64,000 bases of DNA, taken from Azolla caroliniana. Its lineage: Eukaryota; Plantae; Polypodiophyta. Every line of letters begins with the position of its first letter. The first letter of the stretch is position 1. Under the pieces are notes generated by a model that saw only the letters and a program-made list of their open reading frames with translations, was not told where the DNA came from and did no database searches. The stretch spans positions 3,472,001-3,536,000 of the forward strand of contig JBHGNT010000012.1 of the NCBI GenBank assembly GCA_043228905.1. The letters run 5' to 3'. A program made the position numbers and the translations under genes. Positions 12,269 through 26,600 of this stretch are shown one piece after another.

Positions 12269-12948
12269 ACTCTCCACACATAAACTAGCGTAACACCCTT
12301 GTTCGCAATCTATGGGTTCCACCCACGCTTTAACATAGCTATCCCTACTAGTTCTGTGAATCCATCTACTGAAGGACAAGCTCATTTGATGAGAGAAGTG
12401 CACCATGACCTATCCCTCGAACTCTCCATTGCTCAGCAATGACACAAAGAGAAGGTTGATCGACATCGGCAGGATGCACCTAGTTTTAAAGTCGGCGACA
12501 TGGTCTGGCTATTACGTCGGCATATTCTGACAACTCGTCCATGTAACAAACTTGATTACAAAAAATTGGGTGCGTTCCAAATTGTTGACAAAGTCCACCC
12601 TATAGCTTTCCATCTTGCTCTTCCATCACACTACCGAATTCACAATGTCTTCCATGCATCTCTTCTTGAGCTCTACTATCCATCCTCAATTCCATGAAGA
12701 AGCATCGAGCCGCCACCCCCTGTGACATTGGCAACCAGGGATGAGTATGAAGTCGAGACCATTCTAGACTCACACAAGAGCCGACGAAATCTCCAGTATC
12801 TGGTCTTGTGGAAAGGGTATCCCATTACTGAGGCCACATGGAGCCTACAAGAAATTTACTCAATGCCCCAAATGTGGTTCATGATTTTCATATCCGATAT
12901 CCTCACAAACCCGCACCTTCTTGAAGTCGGCGCTTAAGGGGAGGATAA

Positions 12949-14043
12949 TGTCATGAACATCGAGTCGAGTTTGAGCCTTAAGTATATCCTAGACAAACTT
13001 TAGACTTTAAACTTTTGTATAAAGAGTGGTACGTAAGACTGAGTATGTAAGACTCGGTATGTAAGACTTAGTATGTAAGACTGAGTATGTAAGACTGAGT
13101 ATGTAAGACTGAGTATGTAAGATTTGGCATGCAAGAATCATTATGCTTGTTATTATAGTATGCCTTCCGATAGATCGCCCTGCTCAAAAATTTCCACTAT
13201 CTCAATTTCAATCTGCACTTCGACAATTATTGGAAGCACATTGTGGAGATCGAAGAGAAGGACATCCCGCCCATTGTCTCACTTGACTAGAAGACTCGCC
13301 ACAAATTGGAGTACTCCCCAATCCGCTTCCCCTCATGTTTCTCTTTCCACGATGATCATTGCCCAGGAAAACATCCTCATCCTAAGAAACCTCTCCCAAA
13401 TGCATATGTTTGATGATTACTCCTCTTAATATCACGTCCTATCCAATTATTCCAGACTATGTCACATTGATTATTGAATTATTGTTATTAGACCTAATTC
13501 CTCAACTTGTATATCAATCTGGGAGCATATCTCATCTCATCACAATATCCCTCAAGAAATAAAGGTCGTCGATTTCGCCCATCCATATCGAGATAAATGA
13601 AGAAATTCTTTCCTTGAGGGGATAGCTTGTAAAATGTTTTATTCTTTAGTATTTCAAAACAAATTCTTCTTTGGTGGTTGCAAAACTACAGACTCTCATT
13701 AAATCAATCTTCCACTAAACTTGAAAGGATCATCGATCATGGATCTTCTGTCGTCCAGATAATCAGAATCAACAGGTCATGCTACTCTACTCGAAGCTGA
13801 ATTTCAATTGTACAAAATTTCATAATTCACTTCTCTGCACCAACATTCTTTAAAAGAAGCTCCAAGTGCTCCTTTACAAATTGATTGGGACATTATTGGA
13901 CCCACGCATACAAGTCATCTCAAATGAACATATTCGGCAAACTTCAAAAGAGAAATCCTCAACCCTAGTGGCCCCACTCAAATTTCACATGTACACACTT
14001 ATATGTACACAACATCAAACTAAAGCTTAATCACGTCATGACA
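12949..14043 (+). repeat. Probable gypsy 3' LTR, containing a 14-bp tandem array (GTAAGACTGAGTAT, ~13033-13122)
   Basis: Follows PPT AAGGGGAGGATAA. Termini TGTCATGA...TCATGACA form an 8-bp inverted repeat. No partner LTR in the window. Confidence 0.7.
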
Positions 14044-14909
14044 AATTTTCCACAATCTTCATCTAGGAAGAAAGAATTGACCAAGATAAGTTTGGAGAAC
14101 TTAATTCTCTCTCGGTCTTTTTCCTTTTTATCACTATCATATATTGGCTCATAAACCAAACCTAGGTTCCTATTATGGATCTGGAAACTTTTTTCGATGC
14201 AAAATTCCTATTCAAACCTAAGATCTATTCCTTTTCTGGCTTAGGATGCTTCCTGTGATGTGTGCACTTTTCTAATTTCCCTATATCAGATCTAGACTTT
14301 CCACATTTGGCTCCACGGTCCTTGGAGTTTTTCAAACCTAGAAGCTGTATTTAAACCTAGGCAGTGATTGTAATTTGGAGCTAGTATACTTTTTTGGGCA
14401 TAGGCTCTCTCGGATGTTTTCAGACCTAGGAGCCTTATTTGGACTTAGGTGGTTTTGAGTTCCACGATCTGAAATGCTATCAGTATTAAAAACATTGATT
14501 TAATCATACAAACTATGCAATTCAAATTAAAATTAAAACATTGCATGATCCTACTTATTGACATTCTATAGATAAGAAAGCATACACTTAGGGATGTATA
14601 GAATATAGTTTCATAATTCTTAAACCTTTCGCGGTGATTTTTCAAATACGTATCACACCTTACCTCCAAGTACATAAAGTCAGAAAAGGTACAGTTCCAA
14701 ATCCCAAAAAGATTCTATACATGGTAAGTATCCATCCAACAAACAAAAACCAATCATTATACATGCATCAAAAGATGTGAAGAAACACGAGTAGCCTACT
14801 CCAATCAAAATGCTAATATACATATGATAAAATATATGAGGCAACTAAGAGAGAATTGAATGAAAACTAGAACACTCCAAAATGTGAGCTATTGATGAGC
14901 CAATGTACA

Positions 14910-16736
14910 TCATTCATCAAGTTCGTTATCATGGCAGTAAATATTTGCCAACATGACATATGTTCCAGGTTCTTCAGGTGCTAATTCCATAATATGTTTG
15001 GCTGAGTATTGTGCTAGTTTAACACATGCTTGCGCTCTACATATGCTAAGTAAGGTAAGCCATGTGATTGCAGTAGGCTTACGTGGCATCAGGTCAACAA
15101 GTTCACATGCCACATCAAGACGTCCGATCCTCGCAATTAAATCAACCATACAATTATATTGATCTTCTACAGGCTTAGTCTCAATATCTTCATCGATATA
15201 TAGAAAACAAGATAATGCTTCACTCACCATACCAGTATGACTACATGCTGTGAGACAAGTGCTATACGTAGCCTTGTCTGGCTTCACTTCTTTGTTCAGC
15301 ATTTCCTGAAACAGATTCACCACCTCAATGCCTTGCCCGTTTTGAGCATACGTGGCAGCCATAACATTCCACATAATTGAATCAGATTTTTGCATTAATT
15401 CAAACATCCTTTCAGCTTCTTCTAAGCACCCACATTTTCCATACATATTTAATAGAGCAATGGAGATATTCTTTTCGATATCCGTGCCATTCTTTGCCAG
15501 GAAAGAATGAACTTCTCTACCATCTTTTAAGAAGCCATAGCTAGCACATATTGAAAAAATGCTAATGTTAGCAACCTCATCTTTCACATTTAACTCCTTA
15601 TAAATAACTAATGCCTCCCGTGGGCTCCCACAATGTTTGTACATGTTTAGCACACAAGTTTCAATTGAGATATCAGCATCAAAACCTTGACACAAAATTG
15701 CAACATGAAGTTTCTTGCCTTCATATAGAAATTCTTGCATGGTAAATGCTGAAAGAACATTGATGAAAGTGACCCTATTTGGGAGAAACCCTTCCTCATA
15801 CATTTGCAGGAATTGTTTTAACGCCTCCCTGGCATGTCCACATCGAGCAAAAGCACCGATAATTGCACTCCATGATACAAGATCAGGATTGGACAAACTC
15901 ATGAATACTTCAAATGCATCTTTTATACTGCTGCATTTTCCATACATGTCAATAAAAGCATTAGAAACCATCTGATCAGGTCCAAACCCACTCTCTAGAG
16001 CAATTTTATGTATTATCTGGCCATCACTAAAAACTGCACGGTTTGCACAAGAGGAAACAACACTAAGGAAAGTAATCTTATCCAAAGCGATGCCATCTTC
16101 CCTCATTTCATCGAGCAGATCAATCACATCTTTGCAATTTCCAAATTCGGCGTGAGCAGCGATAAGGACGGTCCATGCAATAAGGGTTCGTTCACATAAG
16201 GCATAGAAAACACGAGACGAATCAACGATTCTACCACATTTTCCATACATATTTACAAGATTGGCCCCTACAGCAGGGTCACGATCGGCACCAAAAGATG
16301 CGGCGATTGCATGAATTTGCATACCATGAACGACATCTTTATCACTAGCACATGCGGAAATAACGCTTGTGAGAATGTGTTTATCAGGAAGGCATCCTTC
16401 TCTAAGCATATGATTGAAGGTCCTGATGGATTCGTAGCTATGGCCATCTTCGTCCAGTGCTCTTATCATGAAATTCCAACCAAATTTATCTCTATGTCGC
16501 ATGTGGGAGAACAAACAGAGAGAATCAGAGAGGGATTCACACTTACCGTACATTTGTAAGAGAAGGTTGGACAAGAAGCCTTCTTGCCATAGCTGGCTCT
16601 GCAGAATGCAAGAGTGGAGGAGATGGCCATGGCAAAGATCTTTTCTGCTGGCGATGTCACGGAGAGCAGAGGCGAAAGAAGCCTTCTGTGCGTCCAAATC
16701 CGAGCAGTCATGGCTAAAGCTCCATCGCTTGAGCAT
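14910..16736 (-). CDS. PLS-class pentatricopeptide repeat protein with partial E domain and no DYW (organellar RNA editing factor family), intronless, 608 aa
   Basis: Repeated MYGKCG / SWSAIIGAFARCG motifs; C-terminal YNCMVDLIARIG..WLTLLSICR..PGTYVMLANIY. Confidence 0.95.
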   Translation of the reverse strand: MLKRWSFSHDCSDLDAQKASFASALRDIASRKDLCHGHLLHSCILQSQLWQEGFLSNLLLQMYGKCESLSDSLCLFSHMRHRDKFGWNFMIRALDEDGHSYESIRTFNHMLREGCLPDKHILTSVISACASDKDVVHGMQIHAIAASFGADRDPAVGANLVNMYGKCGRIVDSSRVFYALCERTLIAWTVLIAAHAEFGNCKDVIDLLDEMREDGIALDKITFLSVVSSCANRAVFSDGQIIHKIALESGFGPDQMVSNAFIDMYGKCSSIKDAFEVFMSLSNPDLVSWSAIIGAFARCGHAREALKQFLQMYEEGFLPNRVTFINVLSAFTMQEFLYEGKKLHVAILCQGFDADISIETCVLNMYKHCGSPREALVIYKELNVKDEVANISIFSICASYGFLKDGREVHSFLAKNGTDIEKNISIALLNMYGKCGCLEEAERMFELMQKSDSIMWNVMAATYAQNGQGIEVVNLFQEMLNKEVKPDKATYSTCLTACSHTGMVSEALSCFLYIDEDIETKPVEDQYNCMVDLIARIGRLDVACELVDLMPRKPTAITWLTLLSICRAQACVKLAQYSAKHIMELAPEEPGTYVMLANIYCHDNELDE

Positions 16737-16754
16737 TCGAGACTTCTCCTCATT

Positions 16755-16780
16755 GTTAGGTTAGGGTTAGGGTTAGGGTT
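16755..16780 (-). promoter_or_regulatory. Telo-box-like (AACCCT)n tract upstream of the PPR start codon
   Basis: GTTAGG(TTAGGG)3TT on the + strand. Confidence 0.5.
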
Positions 16781-18534
16781 CTTTTCTGAGTTCGGGCAGA
16801 AGGGGGGGTTTAATTCCTAACTTCAGTTTTGGATATTTACAATAATACCCCTCTCTCCTACAACTAAACCTCCAATAAACAACACTTCATAAATTTCTCG
16901 ACTTCACTGGACATGTTATGGACACTCAAAAATGTTCTTAAAAAACACCCGGCAAAAGCCAAGTTGGCCACACGTGTTCCTAATGTCCCTTTTCAAATGG
17001 AATACAAGAGAAATGCGCGAGATCAATTCTATCATCGCAAACTCGATCAATCATGTGGCTTTTCTACATAAGAGGGGCAAGCGCTTTGCATCGTCACCAC
17101 CTCTCATCCTGTCATAGTGTGTGTGATGCACAGAACCTCATGGTCTTGTCCCTAGTCGATCACCTTTGTGTCCTCTATCAAAACATAAGCTCGTGTGATG
17201 ACAAACATTGGAGGTGGTCATGCTTCTCTGACTGTAGTTTCAATTCCCAGAGCGTTTCACATTTTTTTATTATGATTTCTCTGTTCTGTGTAGTTTGAAT
17301 TACGATAACAAACTTGATGGATGTCCTACGAAGATTCAAATTTGTCGTCTTATATTGCTTGAAGAGAAAGATATAGAAGAACACAAAAAGTTATTCAAGA
17401 GGAGATTCAATTATTACTTATAACGATCAAGAATAACTTTATTGGTATGCGCACTTTAAAACCTTAACATCGGTAAAGATCCAAGTTTGTGAAACTTTTG
17501 GTAACTTTACTTATAAAAAGATGAGAAAAAGATTAACCATGTGTTATAGTGATACAATGGATTTTTAAACATTAAACTCTTTTAGGATGTGGTTCTACTT
17601 TATGTGATTGATGTGAACGTTCAAATAAGGATGTGTCATGCATGCATTGTGAATTGTGTTTTACAACGTAGATTTACATTTAGTGGGAATTTCCTTTAAA
17701 ATGGTCATTTGAAGTCATAAATGACCCCATGCTTTTTGCTCAATGTGCATGGCCAGCAACAAGCATGAGAGAAAATTCCAGCGATTTGATGTTCAATGGG
17801 GGAATTTGACAAATGCATGTTTATTGCATCAAGATTTGACTATATCCACTTAGACTATTTAAACAATAACATTTGCCTGTCCTCCAAGATTGTTGTTAAA
17901 TTCTCTTTGTATCTTCTTGTATAAAAGGTAAAAAGGGGCCTTTGGGTTGTGGTTCTCATTCTATCTCCGTTGCCTCCTACTTATGAACCAAATTCTACCA
18001 TATATCCCTTCTACAATAGTTAATGGAAAACGATTTTCTTCTCTAGTACTCTATTTCATGGAGAAATTATATTCCTAATTAGTGTGTGGTGATTACGTTT
18101 TTCTTAACTTTAATCTCATGAAGTCTTCTAATCATCTACAATGGCCTGGAGTTAAGAGATAAGTGCTATATGAGTTGAAGCATGATGTGGCATGTGCCTT
18201 TAGGGAGTATTGCTTCCAAATCCCATTATTTACCCATGGTGAGGAAGCAAATCCCTTAGCACTTTGTAGTGATGCTTGGAAGTGCAAAACAACACTCCAT
18301 GTAACCCTTTCAAGGGAACACAATTCTTGTGGGTGCACAATAAGAACTTTCGTTAGGGTAGTTTTATGTTTGACCAAAGACCTAAAGAACACACATCATG
18401 ATTACTAAAAAGGCAAACAATGGCAATTATCAAGGAGTGACACAACACCCAAAGTCGTAATGAGACAACAAAAGTTCAGTCCACAACAAGTGGAGATGGT
18501 GGCTTCACTATTTACAATAGTACCTACATGGAAA

Positions 18535-18537
<3 letters not shown>

Positions 18538-18592
<55 letters not shown>
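18538..18592. repeat. (CT)n microsatellite
   Basis: Pure CT run. Confidence 0.95.
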
Positions 18593-18594
<2 letters not shown>

Positions 18595-19298
18595 AAACGA
18601 CCAACACCCTCGACGCCCTCAAGTTCTTCATATATATATTTGGGCCTAAATACTTTAACGTGTCCTACATAAACATCAATCTACCACTGGAGTACAACAT
18701 ATTGTCGAGAGTTTACAAAATTGTTCGATATATGGATATGTAGATGCCTTTTGTAGGAGGGTTTTTAGTCAAATTCTAGTTTAATTAGCTTATCCAATGA
18801 CATTTTCAAGTGAGTGAACATAATGCCAAGATTGTACATTCTTGTAACCTTTCTACCATTTCTAGTTTCCACTAACACAAAAATGGTACATCTTTGTACG
18901 ACCGTGTGCATTACAAAAGGGTTTTGCATACATGCTAGATCCAATACTTGTCAAGTGAAGATAAATTTTTGAGTGAGTGTTTTTTTTGCCCCAACCTTAT
19001 TGTGGGATTTTCGAGGGGATGACTACAATGCAAAAAATCTTACATTTTTTGTAGCCTTTTCGCAAATGTCTAGTTTTCACTGATGTTGACACAAAAATGG
19101 TATATCCTTTTACCCTTCTTGCATTGCGGTCTGTGTTAATGAAGACCTTCCCTTGAAATTGTACACCCTTTCCACAAATAGCTACAAGTACAGACACAAC
19201 AATTCACTCAACAAAGTTTCCAAAAACAATTCTTCACTTCCAATGAGAAACTTGTTAATATGCATAGTATCGTTTTCCTAGCATTGCACCTTTTTTTT

Positions 19299-19406
19299 CA
19301 CCTAGTTGTATCACCCTTTTATGAGTTACAAGTACACCTAGTTGTATCATCCTTTTATGAGTTACAAGTACACCTAGTTGTATCATCCTTTCCTGAGTTA
19401 CAAGTA
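19299..19406. repeat. 36-bp tandem repeat, 3 copies
   Basis: CACCTAGTTGTATCA(C/T)CCTTT..TGAGTTACAAGTA x3. Confidence 0.9.
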
Positions 19407-20688
19407 AAGCCCCAATTCATAATTGTGCATATTTTTCTTCAATGTTCTATAATATGATTTGATGTGTTGACATTGATGGTCCATTCTTTACTAAATTGTT
19501 AAGCAACATTTCTATTTAAAATGATAAAGCTTCAATATCCTTAATTTTAGATCTTGACTAAACTCTATGTTCAATTTTGAGATTTAGGAGCATGCCTAAA
19601 CTCTACATTAAATTTGATGTTTAACACATTGACTAGAGTAATGATACCTGTTCTTGTTGCTTTTATGATACCTGTTCTTGTTCTTTGTTGCTTTATGCGC
19701 TGAACTATAGGCATATATTTGATTTCTCATCTTCAGAAGGTTGGTCCATCAATACTCATCCTAACAACAAATCAAGGACCATCATCATGTGGCCCACATT
19801 ATCAAATATGCTTCCATTGATTCAAGGACCTAAACTAACCCATCTTGGAGATTTTAGAAGTTTTATTTTCAACTTCCATGTTAGTGAAAGAGCATGCAAA
19901 AACAGTAGGAAACAAGTTATACCCTACCTTTAGAAAATAAAGTTTTCGCCTATTGATTTGCATGTTCTAGCACAAGTTATACCATAACTACATTCTTACT
20001 ACATTCTTTTCTGGATGATTGTTGAAGGCTTTTAAAGACTTATTATGTGCTGATGAATTTCTTTATGTTCAATCCAGTGGAAAAATATATCTGCATACCT
20101 GAAATATATCGTTACTTCTTTCCATAACTTAAAACAAACAGTTAGTTTGATCATTATACCTATACAAACAGGAGTAATGAGGTATATAAGAAGACAGATA
20201 AAACCAAGGTCGTCCTCCAACCCATGAAAAAGAGGATATTCTTTGAAGAGACTTGAGAGATTCTGTCTATTCTCTCTACATAATGACCTTGTACGTAGGC
20301 AGAGAAAAAGTATTATATAATTAACAAATCATTTGTTCTTTTGTCGATGTATACAAAGCTCAATTTTTCACACTGAACAGGCATTTACAAAAACAATTTG
20401 TACACTCAAGATATACAAAGTCTGTATTTACACTAAAGAAGAGACGTCGAAAAACCCCATGCTCTTCTTTTCTTCCTTGTGTGAAACTTTTCCTTTGATG
20501 AACAATGTTAATAGGCATCCCTCAAGGCAACCCTTTTCTGTTGTAAATAAATCCCATTACCATATATGCTTTCTGATATCATTCATTATCCAGCATAAAC
20601 CTTAAGGACAATTTATTACCTGCCCATTAGTGAGTCGATCAATCGATCGTTTTTCAAGGGTTTGGACCTTTATCCTCTATTGCTCGAA

Positions 20689-23600
20689 TTAGTCATCGAT
20701 ATGTTGGATCTCTCCCATTAAAATCCGGTTACTACTTGATACATTGAAACCTAGCACCAATGATGGATCAACCACTTTCTTCCCCTTCTTACCTCTCCTC
20801 TTTCCTGATCTAACAACTTCGAAATTATTGTCTTCCACCTCGGGAGCTTTTCTAGATACAGGATCTTCACGTCTTTCACCATCAAAGGAACCCATTATCA
20901 CGGACTCACTGGTGGGGAAAACAACACGAGCCACTTCTGCAGAAATTAACTCTTTTCGTCGGAGAAATTCAGCTTTGAAAGATTCCACTAAAGTTCCATC
21001 ACCAAGATACATGGTGAGATAATCGCCAGCTTCGGCTACAGATGGAAGAGCCATGCAGAACTCCAAAAGAGACATGTCTGAATCAAAATGCTTAAGGATG
21101 ACAGACAGCATTATCAATTCATTACAAAACTAAGTTATTGTTTCATTTCATCAGCTTTCTTTAACAAAAAGGATACGACCCTTTCCGCTAAATCTCTTAA
21201 TCTGCTCTTCACACCAATGCCGAAAAGCCTTTGCTTCAGCAATGCTCATTGTTTGTTGCCCACATGCTGCACTAGTCTGTCCCTTATTTGCTATGTTGTT
21301 CTGATCCACCCTAATATATGCATAAAAGAATTTCACATAAGAGACAAGAGAAAGAAAACTTGATTACACTTCAATGCTGGACAAAAATCTCAACATTCTA
21401 AACCTGGAAGGCTGCGTGCTATTTCCCATAATAGTATAGTCCCAGAATAGATCAGCATCGTTGTCTAAAACGCCTATATTTGGATTAGGAGTTGCCTGAG
21501 ACACTCCTTGAGATTTAGACTGGCTTGCTGATTGCAATGCAGGGGACAACAAAGGCTTCCGCCATGCAGATGCAGCACTGGTGTTTACAAGTAATGGGTC
21601 TGAAACCGTTTTTGACACAAATTGCATCGGCTCTATGGATCGTGGATGCTGATCAAGCTCATCCCTGGTCTTTTTTTCTAAGTTCTGAACATCTTTCAGT
21701 GACTTTGTTGTTTTCAACAGTTTATGTGGATCTAGAGACCATGCCGGTGATGGAGGGGCAATCGCACTTTCATATTTGATTGGCAAAATGTCACCGAGAG
21801 AAGGGCTTGGAGGGGTTATCACATGGCCCGAGGAAGGGGCAGTCCCACCTAAATCTTTGATTGGCAAAAAGTCACCAAAAGAAGGGCTTGGAGGGGTTAT
21901 CACAGAGGGAAATTCTTCTACTGTTTTGGTCAATCCAGAATATTTTCCTGGGCTTGACGGTGCAGGAGACGACTCTGATACAACCAATCTTCCAACTTTA
22001 CCTTTGGCACCCTTCTTCTTGTTTTTTTTCACATCTTTGGTTTCTATGATGTCACTAGTATCATCAGTGATTGTGTGTGAGATGTCAAACACATGGCTCA
22101 TTGAACCAGATACGTCTTCATGGTCATTCTTTCTGTAAAGCGAGTTATTGCCACTAAGACTTGACAGAATAGAGCTGTTCTGGATAGGGTTTTTTTGTAC
22201 ATCAAAAGTAGATGCAACGAGCGGAATTTCCTCCTGAACTGCACAATCTGTTTTTATCCAAGAATAATCATTTTTTCCCGGTTTCTCAGCTGACAATGGC
22301 ACAGTTGTGGTCTCATCTATGTGGATAGCAGCATCATCTCCAGGCCAATTTGTCTCAGGTTGCATTAAATCAGTGACCATTATATTTGAGGGAATTAAAC
22401 CAGCCCAAGTAGATTGGGAATTTGGATTTGGCTGATGAGGACTAATAGTCGAATTTGAAATAGATGATTCTTCATTCATAAATATTGAAGTGTCAACTCT
22501 ACTATGATCCAATGGCAAAGCTGAACCTAAAATCCTCTGTAAATCTCCATTACTTAAATGGAGAGTCCCCTTGTCTTGTTGCTCCTGCGGTATTCTTATG
22601 ATATTGACATGATTATCAGCATATTTCGGCCTTACATATTCAGCATTCATCTCTTGATGTTGAAGCATCATTGAAATATTACTTTGATTATCACCAGAAT
22701 GCTGGCTTCGATGATCAGGGTTGATCTCTTGATGCTGCGGGATCTTGAACACATTTCGTTGATTATCATTAGAATGCTGCCTCAAATATTCAGAATCGAT
22801 GGAGAATCCCTGTGCATCAATCATATAATCACGCATCAAAGCTGAGTCTTGTTTCCAGGCAACACCAGACAACATCCGTTGGCTGATGTTTTGATTGACC
22901 CTTGCCTCCCTTTCATGTGTTTCAATTGATCCCAACTCGACCGCCTGAGATCTCCACCCTCTGCCAATGGAACCTTCACTTGACTCCATGGCAGTGTTCC
23001 TGAAGCCTTGGCTTCTATTTAGCAATCCAGCCTCAAATGCCATCAAACTCTGTGAAGGCATATTATTATGTCCATCAAACCTTGTCCTTTGCCCTTGAAG
23101 AGTATCCACGTTCACTCTTGAGGCTCCACCAAGCATTAGTGTCGAAAGATCCCTTTCAGCTTGTTGCAGATCCATCAACATCTGCATATCTAAAGCTTTA
23201 GAATGCTGCAATTGAGGAAAATCTGTATTATGCATACCTAACAGTTCTGCCTGCATATTTTGAGCCCGAGGATGATGTCCATGAGAAAAGCTTGGCTTCC
23301 GTTGCAGCATATGCATCTGTTGTTGTTGGATAGGTTCATGAGTAGAATGCATAGGAATCGATGCTTGAGTGCGTACAAACTGCCCAAACTCATTGACCTC
23401 CCATACTCCTGATACTCGTTGCTCATCCAACTTCAATTGCTGTTGTTGGAGCAAATGCGCACGTTGTTGAGCTTGCAGTAGTATCTCTTCTTCATGTTGC
23501 CTCTGCAATAAGACTTGCTGAGCTTGTAATAACTCTTCTTCACGTTGCCTCTGCAATAAAACTTGAGTTTGTAGTAGCTCTTCTTCGTGTTGCCTCTGCA

Positions 23601-26600
23601 ATAAGAGTCCAAGTAAGGCGTCTTCTGAATGTCTTTGATGGTGTTGTTCTAAATGATGCATATGCATATCAGCCCGTGTCATATCTTGCATAACATGAGG
23701 CACAGCCAGAGGATCAGCCAGAGGATATTGCTGCTGCGACATTAACAATTGTTCCAGAAGTGAATGTGGAGGCTGGTGTTGTTGTTGTTGCTGCTGCTGA
23801 AGTCTTAGCAGCTGGTCAAGGTTTGGCTCACTAGAAGGACCTTGAAATTTGCTTTGCTGCAATCGTGACAACGGATGGGATGCAGATAGCTGATGATGTG
23901 GGGAAGCCAGCAGATGTGGAGATGAAAGGTGATGGAACATATTCATATTAAGATCAGGTACAACAAGTTGATCTAAAGGAGAAACCAGCGCTTTCTGTTG
24001 ATTCAAATGTTCTAGCAAAGAAAGCTGTTGTTCTTGCACGTGCGGATGCTGAAGATTTGGTTGAGAAAGAGAGAGCTCCCTTTTGTGTTGTAAATGTAGC
24101 TTCTCAAGCTGCATTAATTTCTGTGCATGAAAGTCATCTAAGCCGTGTAAGGAGGAGCTCTCTATTAGTGTCGGATGCATTTCTGGCTCAGATGTAATGG
24201 GATGCATGTCTGCCTGCCAAAACTTGGTTCGAGGAGTTTGCAACCTTGGGGATGGATATCCACTGGACACTTCTTGTAAAACATCTGGATTATTTTGCCA
24301 GTTTTGCGAAAAAGATGATCGTTTTGGCAATTCCATTTTATCTATCTCTACTTCAGAAAATGTAGGCATCGTCAAAAGATTATCCAAAAAAACCTTTTCA
24401 GGAATCCCACCAGTGCTCTGCTGTTGTGCCTCCAATACATTGTCTGTAGTGACAATAATAAAAAATAAGTTACAGACATTGAACTTGCTTTGAACCAATA
24501 CAGAGAAAAATCCTAAAATCAAAACTAACCTCTCCTGGCATCAAGAAAATTAGATTCAGCAAAATGCCTTGAGGCATTCTGATCACCTTCAATGTGTCTA
24601 ATAGGTTCTTGAGATGCCTCTACTACAGAGGATTTCAACATCAAACTAGCTTCATTGATAATCTCCTCCCTGTTTGTATGTTCGGCAGCATCATATTCCC
24701 AAGGTGTTTCAGTCTTAATCTTCAACTGTGGCATTATATCACCTAGTGGAGAAAACTGTGCATCTTCTGGTGCATCGACAAGACGAACCGGAAGATCTAG
24801 TCCAAAATAACCTAATTCAAACCAACAGATGATATCCACACCTTGAAAAGGCCCTTGAATCGTTCCTTGAGGATCAAGATAATAGAGAGAGAGCTCTTCT
24901 GGTGGGGTGGAAACATATTTTTCTTCAAAAACTTCCTTTCTCTCCTCATGCTCCATACTTGTAACAGATCTTGGGTCTTTGGAAAAATGCATCTCTACAT
25001 GCTTATCACATATCTCTAATCTCTCATCAGCTGTGCCAAAACTACCACATTCCATACTAATTGTTCCATCAGGGCCAGCAAACAGCTGACTTTCCTCATG
25101 TTTAACGTCATCCATACAGAGTTTGTCCGTTTTCTCTTCATCGTCATCATCATCTTCTTCTTCTTCTTCTTCTTCAAGTTCGTTAGTATCCAAAGTATTT
25201 GGTAGGGCATCTTTGTTGATACTATGACCTGTAAAAAGGACAGAACTCCACTCAATACATAATATCCAGATTCCATATCCCATTGTTCACAATAATGAGT
25301 TTGAATACAAACTTGCTTACCCTCTCTATGTATATCAAGGTCAGATGATTTAAAAGGAGCAGATGCATCACTACTCTCGATTACATCTACAATTTCTTTG
25401 GCTGGTTCACTCTTCACACCTGTCAGGGTTCAGTATCAGAGTATGAGTGTGAGAATACAAACAGAACTAGAATTTTACACAAAAGCATCAAACCTCTGGA
25501 TATCTTCTGATTGAGATCCTCATGATTTCTTGTGCCTTTTTGACCCAAGTATGTAGCTCCACTGCTAACAATGTCACCTTTCCCAATGCCTTCTAGGATA
25601 GACTACAAAAGGTAAACATTTAACATAATTCATGAGAAGGCAATGAGCATATACATGAGAGCCAGTTGTTGAACTCACCCCTTCCTCCACATCAGGTGCA
25701 ATAACAGCCAAAGGCTCAACAGGTTCTACATGTGTGAGCTCTGGTGTCTCATTGAAATTATCAGGAAGTTTACTAAAAGACAAACTATTGCTCATTTTCC
25801 GGTAAACATCTAGAAGTTTTGCTCTGGGATATCGATATCCTTGATGAACATCAAATTTCACAGAAGCACCAATAGAAGAACCCAAGCCAAATACAACACC
25901 ACAAGAACCTGAAAGGTTGGCTCTTCCTCTGCCTACAACAAAACCAGTATTAGAATTTTCATTTTTACCTCTTCCTACACCAAAACCAGGAGCATATTTA
26001 GGTGGAGTCGAGCTCAAAAGGGGAGCTTCTGCTTTGTTTCTCAAAGAAATAGAAGGAGGACGCCAAGCTCTATTATCACGAGAAGAAGATGAATCCACCT
26101 CTCGATCAAGTTCATTCCGGTTGCTACCCAAGGTCAAGTGTTGTCTATCCCTATACTGCCCACTATCTCCATCTTTCTCATTTTCTTGTCGTTTCTCTCT
26201 CCTAACATCTTTTTCCTTATCATCAGGGCCCCAACGAGAGCTCCATTTATTAACACGACGAGTAGCATCCAAATCTCTAGTAATTGTAAGATTTTCATTT
26301 CGTCGTTCAAGTTTCTTTGAATCATCTGCACCTTCTTTCCATCTATCACGCCTTACACTCAGAACAGGAACATTGTCTCTCTCCTCTTCCTTCCAGGCAT
26401 CTCGGCGAATAACATTAGTGTTAGCATTAACATTAACGTCGGCATCGGCCGGCGTACGCCACCAATCTTTCTTCTTGTTGTCAAGGTCTCGGGTTCCTTC
26501 CGGCCTCCATCGTTCCTTATTAGAAAAATCACTATTTCCTCCATGAGTGCGTGGGGAATCCTGAATTTCACATAATATCCTTAAAAGCTTTTCATACAAA

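Larger units (their letters stand above)
8983..14043 (+). mobile_element. Degenerate Ty3/gypsy chromovirus (Tcn1-like), 5' part missing
   Basis: gag CLYCGGPDHFIRSC; protease ALLDFGATSCFID; RT KIDLRGAYNLVRI..MPFGLTNAP..YLDDILIFS; RNase H ETDASNFAIGA; integrase; chromodomain EYEVETILD..YLVLWKGYP; PPT and 3' LTR. Confidence 0.92.

Noticed and set aside
13033-13122. 14-bp repeat array as CRISPR or iteron
   Set aside because: It is a plain tandem minisatellite within the gypsy LTR.
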